DNA of 53,473 bases, from the IMG/VR virus record IMGVR_UViG_3300025678_000003, positions 1 to 53,473 of that record. The stretch is one strand, 5' to 3'. Origin of the DNA: a virus. A program made the position numbers and the translations under genes. Under the pieces are notes generated by a model that saw only the letters and a program-made list of their open reading frames with translations, was not told the DNA's origin and did no database searches. Of this stretch, positions 1 through 9,200 are shown in pieces; the stretch's first letter is position 1; every line of letters begins with the position of its first letter.

Positions 1-127
1 AGCCCGAACAGCTTGACATCGCGCCAGCCAAAGGCAAAGCCCAAAGCCACCAGCAGCGCCACCGTCCACATGGTACGCACGGTGAACAGCGAGGCGATGG
101 GACCGAAAAACTCTTTGACACGATCCC
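1..127. repeat. Terminal direct repeat identical to 53347..53473 (circular-contig overlap)
   Basis: Read directly: agcccgaacagcttgacatcgcg...ctctttgacacgatccc occurs at both ends. Confidence 0.95.
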
Positions 128-203
128 GCACCTTATCGGGCAGCGATTGGGACGACGAAGCAGCAGCAGGAGCAGGCGCCGGGGCGCCGGGAACGTCAGA
201 CAT
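1..203 (-). CDS. Holin-like membrane protein, 5' part (gene crosses the circular junction and continues at 53346..53145; 134 aa in total)
   Basis: ATG at 203 preceded by GAAAGG. The reading frame MSDVPGAPAPAP...FTVRTMWTVALLVALGF continues seamlessly into the ORF at 53145..53426. It has 2-3 hydrophobic segments and lies immediately upstream of the endolysin. Confidence 0.7.
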   Translation of the reverse strand, partial: MSDVPGAPAPAPAAASSSQSLPDKVRDRVKEFFGPIASLFTVRTMWTVALLVALGFAFGWRDVKLFG

Positions 204-217
204 GGAGATGACCTTTC

Positions 218-781
218 TTAAACGGCAGTGACAGAGAGGGATAGCGAACCGACAGGGCTGCCATCAACATACGCAGTAATCGTGATGTCGGACACCGCGA
301 CACCGACGAACGAATCGTGATCACCGAAACGGAAGACATAACAAGAGCCACTCGGATCGCCGTACAGAATGGTGATGCCCGGCATTGCTTGGTAGAGCGC
401 CACCGATGGCGAAACACCAATATCGGTAACACCAGTCACAGCAACAGAATCCACCGACCATGTCACCAGCGAACCACCGGGCACGTTTTCCACGATCGCC
501 AGCGCCAGCGCTTCGCCATCCGCCAAGCCAAACCCATAAAAGAGCTGGTTTGACAAGATCGTTTCCCAGCCAGCACCATAGGGCGCCTGCAATGCCAGCG
601 GATCGGTGTTGGCCGGCGTCGCCGTGGCCACGTTGGCCCACACCAGCGAAGGCGAGGCCACAGCACCCGCCGACGCTGGCGCCGCAGCAGGGGCGCTCGG
701 CGCTACGGGCGTGAGCGTGATGCCTATGCCAACATCCGGCACGACGGGCAGGCCGGGAATGAAGTTGACGGGGTAGCGCAT
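218..781 (-). CDS. Hypothetical distal tail protein (187 aa)
   Basis: Track ORF 218..1216 trimmed to the ATG at 781, which overlaps the upstream stop (ATGA). It is the last gene of the tail module. Confidence 0.6.
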   Translation of the reverse strand: MRYPVNFIPGLPVVPDVGIGITLTPVAPSAPAAAPASAGAVASPSLVWANVATATPANTDPLALQAPYGAGWETILSNQLFYGFGLADGEALALAIVENVPGGSLVTWSVDSVAVTGVTDIGVSPSVALYQAMPGITILYGDPSGSCYVFRFGDHDSFVGVAVSDITITAYVDGSPVGSLSLSVTAV

Positions 782-2409
782 CAGAGCGTGACCGTCATCT
801 CGAACGGCTGATAACCTGGCGCCGAGACATAGAGCTTGTGCAACCCGGCAGACGCCTGGAACGACACCTTGCCTGCGCTGTCGGTGCGCTTGGGCGTAGC
901 GCCATCCAGCGAGACACTGGCGCCCACAATCAGCTTGCCCGTGGCATCGGTAATGGTGAAGGTTGCCGTGCCATTGCTGAATGCCGCCTCCACCGCCGCA
1001 AGCTGCGTGATGCCGCCAGCCACCGTGCGCGAGATCACGTCGTAACGCAGGCCAGTCAGCGGCTTGATCCACTCCGCCACCAGCTTGTAACGCTCGCCGA
1101 TGCGCTCGGCAGCGATCACCGTCACCGGCCACCAGCCAGCGGGCAGCCGCGGGCTGCTGATGGGGATAACGTCGCCCTGGCGCACCGGCCACGCGGCGGA
1201 CGTGGCACCGCTGCATTCGATCGTCAGCTCGTAAGCCTCGCCACTGGCGCGGGTGAGCACCCGCTTGCTGACGGCGAACGCTGGCGCCACGCCGCGCAAG
1301 TAGGGCGCCAGCAGCGTGCGCACCGGGCGCCCCTCGCCCAGCGATGGCTTGACTTGCACCTTGAGCGCCTGGCGGTGCTCGGCGGCGTAGCTCTGGTCAT
1401 CAAAGCGCAGATCCAACACATCAAAGCTGCCAGACGACTGCGCCACCATGGATTTGACCACCGCGCCCTCGAGCACGGGCTGCACATCGGCCGCCAGCGT
1501 GGCCAGCGCGGCCGGCGCCGGGTACAGCGTGAAGCACTCGCTTGACCACAGCCCACCAATGCTGCGCATGATGGCGTTGAGTGCTTCCCGCAGCGTGACC
1601 GGGAAAGAGACGCGCCCGGCGATGGTCAGCCCCTCCGCCGCACATTGCGCGCGCAGCGTGGCCAACGTTTCGCGCTGGCGCGTGCTGGTGGCGTAGTTGC
1701 TGCGCGATAGGATGGCAGCGATCACGTCGCCGGGGTTTTCGATCAGCTCGCCGGTGCGCGGGTCGCGCAGGCCAGTACCGCACGCGGTGAGCTTGGCGCC
1801 CGTGGGCAGCGCTGCCGCCAGCGTGATGCGGGTGTAGGTATGCCCCGAGGCATCGGCCGTCACATCCCAGTTGTACCCCTGAATCTCCTGCCCGTCGCTC
1901 TGCACCGCTGTTACGGCGGCGGGATGATCGGCCCACAGAAACTCGGTGTCCGATAGCTGCACCACCGCCTGCGGGCTTTCGCGCAGATCGCCCAACACCC
2001 ACGGCAGCGGCACGCTTTCGCGGTAGGCGTCGATCGCCTCACTGGTGCGCAGCGGAACGGCGGACGAGAGGCCCGCATCCTCCACCGTCAACTCGATCAC
2101 CGGCCCCACGCTGTAGCGCGTCACCTCGCCAGCCAGCACCACCTCGCCCGAGCGCAGGATTTCACAGCGGGCACCCAACGGGTACGCCATTGCCGCCTGC
2201 GCGAGCCCGCCGGCATTGCTAACCTCAATGGTGGCGCTGGGGGTTTCGCCCTGCTCGTAGCCGGCGATCTGGTCGCAGCAGGACCGCTCATACCAATCAG
2301 ACACCGATTGCAGCATGGGCAACACATCGGCATCCGGCGTATTGGGCGGCGCAAGGCGCACCACCTGGCCGCGATGCGTAAGCCGCACCTCGACGTAATC
2401 AAGATTCAT
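781..2409 (-). CDS. Tail protein (542 aa) with a C-terminal carboxypeptidase-regulatory-like beta-sandwich
   Basis: Long ORF in the tail module. The C-terminus (TITDATGKLIVGASVSLDG...YVSAPGYQPFEMTVTL) resembles CarboxypepD_reg-type domains. Confidence 0.6.
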   Translation of the reverse strand: MNLDYVEVRLTHRGQVVRLAPPNTPDADVLPMLQSVSDWYERSCCDQIAGYEQGETPSATIEVSNAGGLAQAAMAYPLGARCEILRSGEVVLAGEVTRYSVGPVIELTVEDAGLSSAVPLRTSEAIDAYRESVPLPWVLGDLRESPQAVVQLSDTEFLWADHPAAVTAVQSDGQEIQGYNWDVTADASGHTYTRITLAAALPTGAKLTACGTGLRDPRTGELIENPGDVIAAILSRSNYATSTRQRETLATLRAQCAAEGLTIAGRVSFPVTLREALNAIMRSIGGLWSSECFTLYPAPAALATLAADVQPVLEGAVVKSMVAQSSGSFDVLDLRFDDQSYAAEHRQALKVQVKPSLGEGRPVRTLLAPYLRGVAPAFAVSKRVLTRASGEAYELTIECSGATSAAWPVRQGDVIPISSPRLPAGWWPVTVIAAERIGERYKLVAEWIKPLTGLRYDVISRTVAGGITQLAAVEAAFSNGTATFTITDATGKLIVGASVSLDGATPKRTDSAGKVSFQASAGLHKLYVSAPGYQPFEMTVTL

Positions 2410-5400
2410 CAGGCGATCACCGCCGAGAGGCCAATACTTGCCTCAAAGAACCGATCCACCCCGGTCATCGGCTGGTAATCCATCAGCTCGCGCAGCTCGA
2501 CCTGGTCGCTATCGACGCGGGCCAACAGGCTTTCGGCCGGGCGACTGGTGGAGTAGAAGAACATCAGCGGCTCATCACCCTGGCTCTTGAGCCAATCCAG
2601 CATGGCGACCAGCGCGGTGAAATCACTTTCGACCAGCCCACCCTCCTGCCACTCAATGACACCACCGGAACCACTACCAACGTAGCGCGCCGCCGGGTTG
2701 ACGCCACCGCCGCGATCCATCACGTACTCACGACGCAGGCCGGTCAGGCTGGCAGCAAGCGTGGGCTGATAGGCGGCGCCCACATACACCCAGCCCAACG
2801 CGCCATCAGTGGCGCCCGTGAGCGTGATGCGCACGTAGCGGGCCGTGACCGCATTGGCCAGCAGCAGCGCCAGCGTGCCCGCGTGCCACGCGATCGGGGT
2901 GGCGGCGAGCACGTCAGCGGCGCCGCTGGACGTGCCCGCCTGAACATTGATTGTGGCCGTCGACGGCAGACGGTGCCGCGGCAGCGCGATGGAATCAAAC
3001 ACCTGGGCGCTGCCCAAGTCAATATCCAGCGTGGCCGTGGCACCCACCCAGCGCCACGCCATCTCGTTGGGGTTTTGCACATTGGCCGGCGCGTTGGGCT
3101 GCCGCACCGCAAAGCTGTAGCGGTCACCCGGTACAAAGCTGGGCGCCGCACCCGGCGTGATGGTGGCACTGACGCCATCGGAGAGCGCCACCGCGCCCGA
3201 ACCGATCGCGAGCGGCCCCACCCAGCCACCGCCGTTTTTGCGCCACTGCCAGTGACCACCCTCTGCCGAGAAAGCAAAGCGGTCGCCCTTGGCAAAGCGG
3301 ATGCCGCCCGCAGTGAGCGTGAAGCTCAGGCCGCCATCGCTGTAGCTGCCCGAGCCGGCCGTGGCGGTGAACACGGCAAAGGCGCCGTCGACCGTGCCGT
3401 TGACATGCCAAACCTGGTCAAGCGAGCCATTTTGCCCGCCCACGGTAACCAGCGGCGCCGCCGCCACGATAGGCAGCGTGAGCGTGTCACCCACCTGGTA
3501 AGTGGGCGCCCACGAGGCATTGCCGATACGCAGCGTGATGGTGTCATCCACCTTCAACTGATCGGGACACTTCACGTTGATCTGAAATGCAAACTCGCGG
3601 GTGGAGCCGATGACCCCACCGATATTGCGACAGGAGACGTAAGGGGTGTTGTTGAACGCAGGCATGTAGCCGCCCCCATTGGAGCCGACCACCGCCCAGT
3701 AATAGGCCTCAGTCTCAATATCCTGCCAGCAACCGTCGTCGCTTACGGTTGTGGCATCAGCTTTTCCCAGCGGTGAAATCCCCGCCGCAGCCAGAATGGC
3801 ATCGCGCGTTGCCTTGAAGCGATCGACCACCACATCGAACGGCTCAACCAGCGCCAGCTCGCGCGGGTCGACGTAGACGCGAACCGCATCAGCCGACAGG
3901 GCATCCGCAGAAAACCCGGCATCGTCCACATTACGAGCCACCAGAGCACCCGGCGTGGCGCTGTCAATGCTGTAGCTGGTGCCGATGGTTAAGCCCGTCA
4001 GCCCCGTCACCACACCATCAGCCGCGAAACTGACCGACGAACGGGCAACCGATGCACCGCTCGAAATGGCACCACTGGTGAAGCCATGACAAACGCCGCG
4101 ATGACCGCCGCCGCCACCACCGGAGATCGCATAGGCGGCTGCCTTGAACAGACGCGACCCAACAATCCTGACAAAGCTGTTGGCGGCGATGGTCTCAGCC
4201 GCGGTGACGTTGGTCGTTTTCGCGTCTGGCGGCTGAAAATGGGTTTGCGCATCGGCAAAGGCCGTGTCCCACATGGTCAGCGCACCGGAATCGGCAGCCA
4301 CCTGAATGGCCGTCTTCTCCAGCAGTGCAGCCACCTCGCGGGCCGCTGCAATGCGCTCCTGCTCGCTCATCGGCTCGCCGGCGATGGTTTTGCGCGAGAG
4401 GATGTTGTCTCCGCTGTAGCTCTTGACGTAGTCGCGGTACCACGCCCATAGCGAGGTCATCCTCGCGGTGATGGCGCCTGGATAGCTCACACTGTTTGCT
4501 CCTGGTGAGTTGGGGTTGCCGGGGCCAAACAAGCAATCGTTGGCCGTGAAATCGGGGACGGGAAGATCATCACAAAGGCATTCGGTCGACGGGCGCTTTG
4601 TGTAAACCAGCGTGACCATTTGATCGACGGCCGCCGGGCCGAGCGTGAGCCCGACCGGGCATACCTGCGGCGGCTGCGTGGTGCCACTACGCGGCAGACT
4701 GATTGACTCAACCGTGAAACTGCCGTGTGCGCCGGGGTAGCCATCCGGGAACACCTGCGGAACCACCACCGACCATTGACCGGCCGGGTCGGCAATGGTG
4801 TCGCCGGTGGCGAAGTTGCCAATATCACCCGACACCGACCCTTTCACCGCCCACAGTTCATGGCCGAGATGCGCGTTGGGCGACTGGTCGGGAGAGACTG
4901 CCCAGCAACGCAGCTCGATCACCTCGGTGGCCGCACCGGAATTGACCACGATGGACTGCAGCACGCCGCGCTGCGCGGTGGCACTGCCGTTACCGATCAC
5001 CGGCTGCGCGTGCGCGGCCGTGCTCAGCCGCAGCTCGCCAGCGGCCTGACCGCCCTGCCCGCGATCGTTGGCAATCACCCCCTCAACCCGCACAAAGGCA
5101 GACTCGGTATTGAGCTTGACCAGCAGGTCATACGCGGTTTTGATGCCGGCGAGCGTTTCTGTGGTTACGCCATCGGTCACCGTGACCGAGTAGGTGCCCG
5201 TCACCTCGCTGACGCGCTCGCCCACCGCGCAATAGCGCTGGATTTCCGGCTCAAAAACGTATTCCCACTTGTCGCCCATCCACTGCTTGGCCTGGCGATA
5301 GATATTTGCCTGATCATCGCCGAAGATGATGCGCTTGGCAGCCACCGGCATCAGGTTGTCGGCCGCCATCACGGCAGCATCGAAATCCAGACCGACCGCA

Positions 5401-5885
5401 TCGCTGCGGCGCGTATCTTTTGGCAGCGGCGCGATCAGGCTGAAATTGAGCGGCGTGAAGGTCAGCGATGGCAGCACATTGATGCTGATGCCATTGCCCG
5501 CCGCACCGGCCGCACGGGCCACGATCTTGCACCCGGCAAACGCGACCGATGCGCTCTTTTCTTCACTGCCAGCATCCACCAGCTCAAGCGTGAAACCCTG
5601 GGCAGATCCGGTGAACGCAATCGCCGACAGCGCACCATTGCCAACGCCGACAAACTGCGGTTTGCTGACGATCGGAGAGGAGACGATGGTATCGACAATC
5701 TCGACATCAAACGCGGCATCACTACTGCCGGTGAAGGCGCCGGCCAGATCAACCGCCGCCGAACCGTCACGCGCCGTGGCCAGACGGCGGATACTGTCAC
5801 TCGCGGGGCGCACGCTGCTGGCCGCAAGCGTGGCAGCGCGTGCCGCGTTGATGCCGTTGTGCAGGATGCGTTGAGTGCAAGTCAT
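2409..5885 (-). CDS. Large distal tail / host-specificity protein (1158 aa)
   Basis: Largest ORF downstream of the tape measure. The C-terminal region (DIDLGSAQVFDSIALPRHRL...ARYVRITLTGA) looks like a galactose-binding/discoidin-type domain. Confidence 0.6.
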   Translation of the reverse strand: MTCTQRILHNGINAARAATLAASSVRPASDSIRRLATARDGSAAVDLAGAFTGSSDAAFDVEIVDTIVSSPIVSKPQFVGVGNGALSAIAFTGSAQGFTLELVDAGSEEKSASVAFAGCKIVARAAGAAGNGISINVLPSLTFTPLNFSLIAPLPKDTRRSDAVGLDFDAAVMAADNLMPVAAKRIIFGDDQANIYRQAKQWMGDKWEYVFEPEIQRYCAVGERVSEVTGTYSVTVTDGVTTETLAGIKTAYDLLVKLNTESAFVRVEGVIANDRGQGGQAAGELRLSTAAHAQPVIGNGSATAQRGVLQSIVVNSGAATEVIELRCWAVSPDQSPNAHLGHELWAVKGSVSGDIGNFATGDTIADPAGQWSVVVPQVFPDGYPGAHGSFTVESISLPRSGTTQPPQVCPVGLTLGPAAVDQMVTLVYTKRPSTECLCDDLPVPDFTANDCLFGPGNPNSPGANSVSYPGAITARMTSLWAWYRDYVKSYSGDNILSRKTIAGEPMSEQERIAAAREVAALLEKTAIQVAADSGALTMWDTAFADAQTHFQPPDAKTTNVTAAETIAANSFVRIVGSRLFKAAAYAISGGGGGGHRGVCHGFTSGAISSGASVARSSVSFAADGVVTGLTGLTIGTSYSIDSATPGALVARNVDDAGFSADALSADAVRVYVDPRELALVEPFDVVVDRFKATRDAILAAAGISPLGKADATTVSDDGCWQDIETEAYYWAVVGSNGGGYMPAFNNTPYVSCRNIGGVIGSTREFAFQINVKCPDQLKVDDTITLRIGNASWAPTYQVGDTLTLPIVAAAPLVTVGGQNGSLDQVWHVNGTVDGAFAVFTATAGSGSYSDGGLSFTLTAGGIRFAKGDRFAFSAEGGHWQWRKNGGGWVGPLAIGSGAVALSDGVSATITPGAAPSFVPGDRYSFAVRQPNAPANVQNPNEMAWRWVGATATLDIDLGSAQVFDSIALPRHRLPSTATINVQAGTSSGAADVLAATPIAWHAGTLALLLANAVTARYVRITLTGATDGALGWVYVGAAYQPTLAASLTGLRREYVMDRGGGVNPAARYVGSGSGGVIEWQEGGLVESDFTALVAMLDWLKSQGDEPLMFFYSTSRPAESLLARVDSDQVELRELMDYQPMTGVDRFFEASIGLSAVIA

Positions 5886-5903
5886 GGGCGTGAGAAAACC
5901 GGG

Positions 5904-6116
5904 TTATCGACCAAAACAGCAGGATTGACGACGGGCCAGCGCAAGGTGCCTGGCTTCTGCAATTTGCAAGGGCGTGGGGTTGTGCACCATCGCTGCGCGG
6001 CCATTGACCACCAGATAGGACACATCGGCCGCAGAAAGCAACACACGGTCACCATCGCGATACTCGACATTGCCGATCGCGACCGAACCCACCAGCACGT
6101 AAAGCGACTCACTCAC
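5904..6116 (-). CDS. Hypothetical protein (70 aa, GTG start)
   Basis: Track ORF 5904..6305 split here. The GTG at 6116 overlaps the stop of the upstream small gene (GTGA). Confidence 0.4.
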   Translation of the reverse strand: MSESLYVLVGSVAIGNVEYRDGDRVLLSAADVSYLVVNGRAAMVHNPTPLQIAEARHLALARRQSCCFGR

Positions 6117-6283
6117 AGCCTGCCCCACAGCGCCCACACGGCAATACCCATGGCGGAAAAACCGAGCGCGAAGCCGACAGCAAATCCCATCATCAAAAAT
6201 CGGCCGTAACGGCAGGCCATGCAGGACGGCATGCCGTTGGCCAGCGTGAGCAGTTGCAGCTTGATCTGATCGCGGATTGACAT
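6113..6283 (-). CDS. Small membrane protein (56 aa)
   Basis: Not in the track (<60 aa). The ATG at 6283 lies 2 nt after the tape-measure stop. Product: MSIRDQIKLQLLTLANGMPSCMACRYGRFLMMGFAVGFALGFSAMGIAVWALWGRL, with one clear TM segment. Confidence 0.45.
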   Translation of the reverse strand: MSIRDQIKLQLLTLANGMPSCMACRYGRFLMMGFAVGFALGFSAMGIAVWALWGRL

Positions 6284-6285
6284 GG

Positions 6286-9200
6286 CTATTTGCGACGACG
6301 GGCAATGTTGTTCAACTCGTCCACCAGCCCGCGCGCCAACTGGCGCGCATCTGTAGTGCCCCCGGCGTTGATGGTGACCGAGACACCGCCAAAGTTGTTG
6401 GTGTTGTTGGTGCTGGCGTTGTTGGTGACCGCGCCGCCCATGTTGAAACGGGCAAGGCGATCAGTCATCGCAGCAATGCCGGGCGGCACCAATCCGCCAG
6501 CGTTAAAACGCATGGCGTTCAACGCCTCCAGCGTCGGCAAGCCAATGGCACGAACAGCAGCAGGGTTAAACACCAACTCACCGGGCGTCGTCATGGCCAA
6601 CATACCATGCGGCACACCACCACCAGACGCAAAACCGTCGAACCGATTACCCACCTTGAGACCAAGCAAATTGGCTATTGCGGTTTCCGCAGCTCCCACC
6701 ACCTGATTGGTAATAGCATCTGCGCCTGCCGTATCGCGCCGAGCCACCGCAGCGATATAGTCACGACTCATCGCCCGCTGAAAATCACGCCCTTTCTGAA
6801 CCGTATTGGTCTCAGCCGATGGATCAATCGCCGATGGCCCATACAGGGTGCGCGCCTTTTTGAGCCAACCAAGCTGCTGGTTGACCGTCTCATTCATTAG
6901 CGCATCCAGCAAGCCAGCTCGACCAAAAACAGCCGCCGCCTTGACTTGCGCGATGAGCTTGTCAACGCCGCCAGCAGACGCACCACCAACGTCACCCGCA
7001 CCGAGAATTCCGCCAGCATCCAGCGACCTATCACCGGGCAACGAGCGGCCACCGGGCAACGCTCGACCACCCGGCAATGATCGAGAGTTGGCCATCAACT
7101 GCTCGGCCGCCTTTTTCCTGAGCACATACGAGCCACTAAGCAGATAGGTCAGCACGCTATCGCTGTTGCCCGTGCCGGGCACCTGCCCAACCAAACCACC
7201 CGTCGCAAACCTTGGCAACGACGCCCCACCCACCAAGCCGCCGCGCGCAAAACCCGCGAGTGGACTGGGCGACGCCACTGGCGGGGTAGACACCGCCTTG
7301 CCGCCAGCATCCACATACGTCACAAGCACCGTATGCTTGCTCGTTGTTTCGATCTTGCTCAGGTCGCGAATCTGCTGGGAAATGTCGGCAACATTGCTTT
7401 TGACCGTGATGCTCTGGGTGGCGAAACCGTCTATGGCCTCTTTGACCTTTGCGAACGCTTCATCGACCGGTTTGGTGTCGACTTTGAGGCCAATCGCCGG
7501 CAGCGCGTCTGCTGCAGCCTTGAAGTCAATCGCTAGCTGTTTGGTAGCCGACTGAATCACCGCCTCGTTGGCACCATCCTCGATCAGCTTTTTGATTTCG
7601 GCAATATCGGCCTTGACACGGTCGATCGAGAGGCGAACCTTCTGGATGACCTCCTGCTCCTCAACCGCCTTGCGCAGCTTGAGGATTTCTTCGTCGATGA
7701 CCTTGGTATCGGCCGCAATGCGGAGCTTGACCTCTTTATCCTGCAGCGCAGTAATCTGGTCAAGTTGCGACTTGATGTCGGCAAACGCGGCAACTGCGGC
7801 TTCACGCTGCTTGGCAAATTGGGCAGCCGAGTTCTTAGCAGCCTCAGCCTCTTTATCGATTGACTCGTTGACAAGGTTACGGGCCGCGATGATGCGCTGC
7901 TGCGCTTCCTCGATCGCCTGTGCCTGGGTGACCTGCTTGCCATCGGCATCGGTGACGGCTTTCGCCGTTTCACCCGCGAGCGCAATGGCGCGCTTGGCAA
8001 AATCTTCAGCCTGTTTGGTCTGCCCCTTTTCCAGCGCCTCGCGGGCGGCATAGAGGTTCTGGTCAATCTCAAGCAGCCTGTCGGCACGCTGCTGATACTC
8101 ACTTAAACCACCACGGCCCAGCTCGCGGATTTTGGCGTCGGCATCAAGATTGAAATCGCGCCGCTTTTGCGAAAGCTCCTTGACCTTGTCAAGCAGCCGC
8201 TGCTCCTCGCCGATGAAGTAGTCGATATTCGACTTGTAGGCTTCACGCAGCGATTGCAGAACCTTGATTTTCTCATCACGGTTTTGCAGCTCAACCTTGG
8301 CAACATCTATACCCGACTTTTTGGCCAGCTCAAGGCGAGCCTGGTTTTCCTTGTCGACGATCGCTATTGCATCGACTGCGTAACGCTGCAACGCGGCAAT
8401 ACGCAACGCCCCGGCGTCGGAGTGGATTTTGGCAATGCGCTGTAGGCCAGCCGCTTCGGCAATTTCCTGCTTTGCGATGGCACGCTCAACTGCCGCTGCC
8501 TGCTGCGCTGCCGATTGCTCGATACCCGCAATCGCAACGTCAAACAGCAGCTTGTTTGAATCCGCCGCAGCCGCGAGACGCGACTGGTACTGCCGCACCT
8601 GCCCCTCGGCAGTGTTGATCGCCTTGGATACGCGGTTGAATGCTTCATCAACCGCCGCCGTGACCGGCTGCAGCGCTTCGCCATACTTGCCGAGCGAGTC
8701 GATGGCTGTGTTTTTTGCCTTGTCAAGCTGATCGTTCAGCTCGCGCTGCTTTTTGGTGAGGTCAGCAATAGCAAGACGCGACGAAGCGGTTACGCCATTG
8801 AACTCTCGCCATGTTTCGGCATTGGCAGCGATGGTGGCGCGCGCCTGCTCCTGCGCCTGGGCATTGCCCTCGATGGTCGCCTTGAGCAGACTGAAGCGGG
8901 CCGATACGTCGGTCACGCCGGCGGCAAGAAAGCCGCCCAGCAAATCACCAAACACCTTGACCTTGGGCGACCAGTCGGCAAGCGTTTGCCCCAACTGAAA
9001 ACCGCCGAAACCAGCCAACGCTGCAGCCGAAGCCCCCGCCGCAGTGGAGAGCCCACCAAAGCGGGCCGCCAACGCAGCCACGGCGGCGGTCAGCGCGCCA
9101 CCACCCAGCGTAGCCGCCAAAGCCAGCGCCTGCTTGTCCATCTCTGCCGCCTCTTTGGCGAGATCACGCAGCGCGTTGACACCCGTAATGACCCCTTTGA

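Noticed and set aside
4725-6209. Long antisense or overlapping ORFs. Examples: 4725..6209 (+, 494 aa), 17218..18771 (+, 517 aa), 20340..21908 (+, 522 aa), 42803..44134 (+, 443 aa), 51105..52220 (+, 371 aa), 16020..16943 (+), 2883..3776 (+).
   Set aside because: They lie opposite or out of frame to genes with clear family motifs. They are Arg/Pro/Gly/His-rich, as expected for shadow frames in GC-rich DNA, and lack SD/start context.
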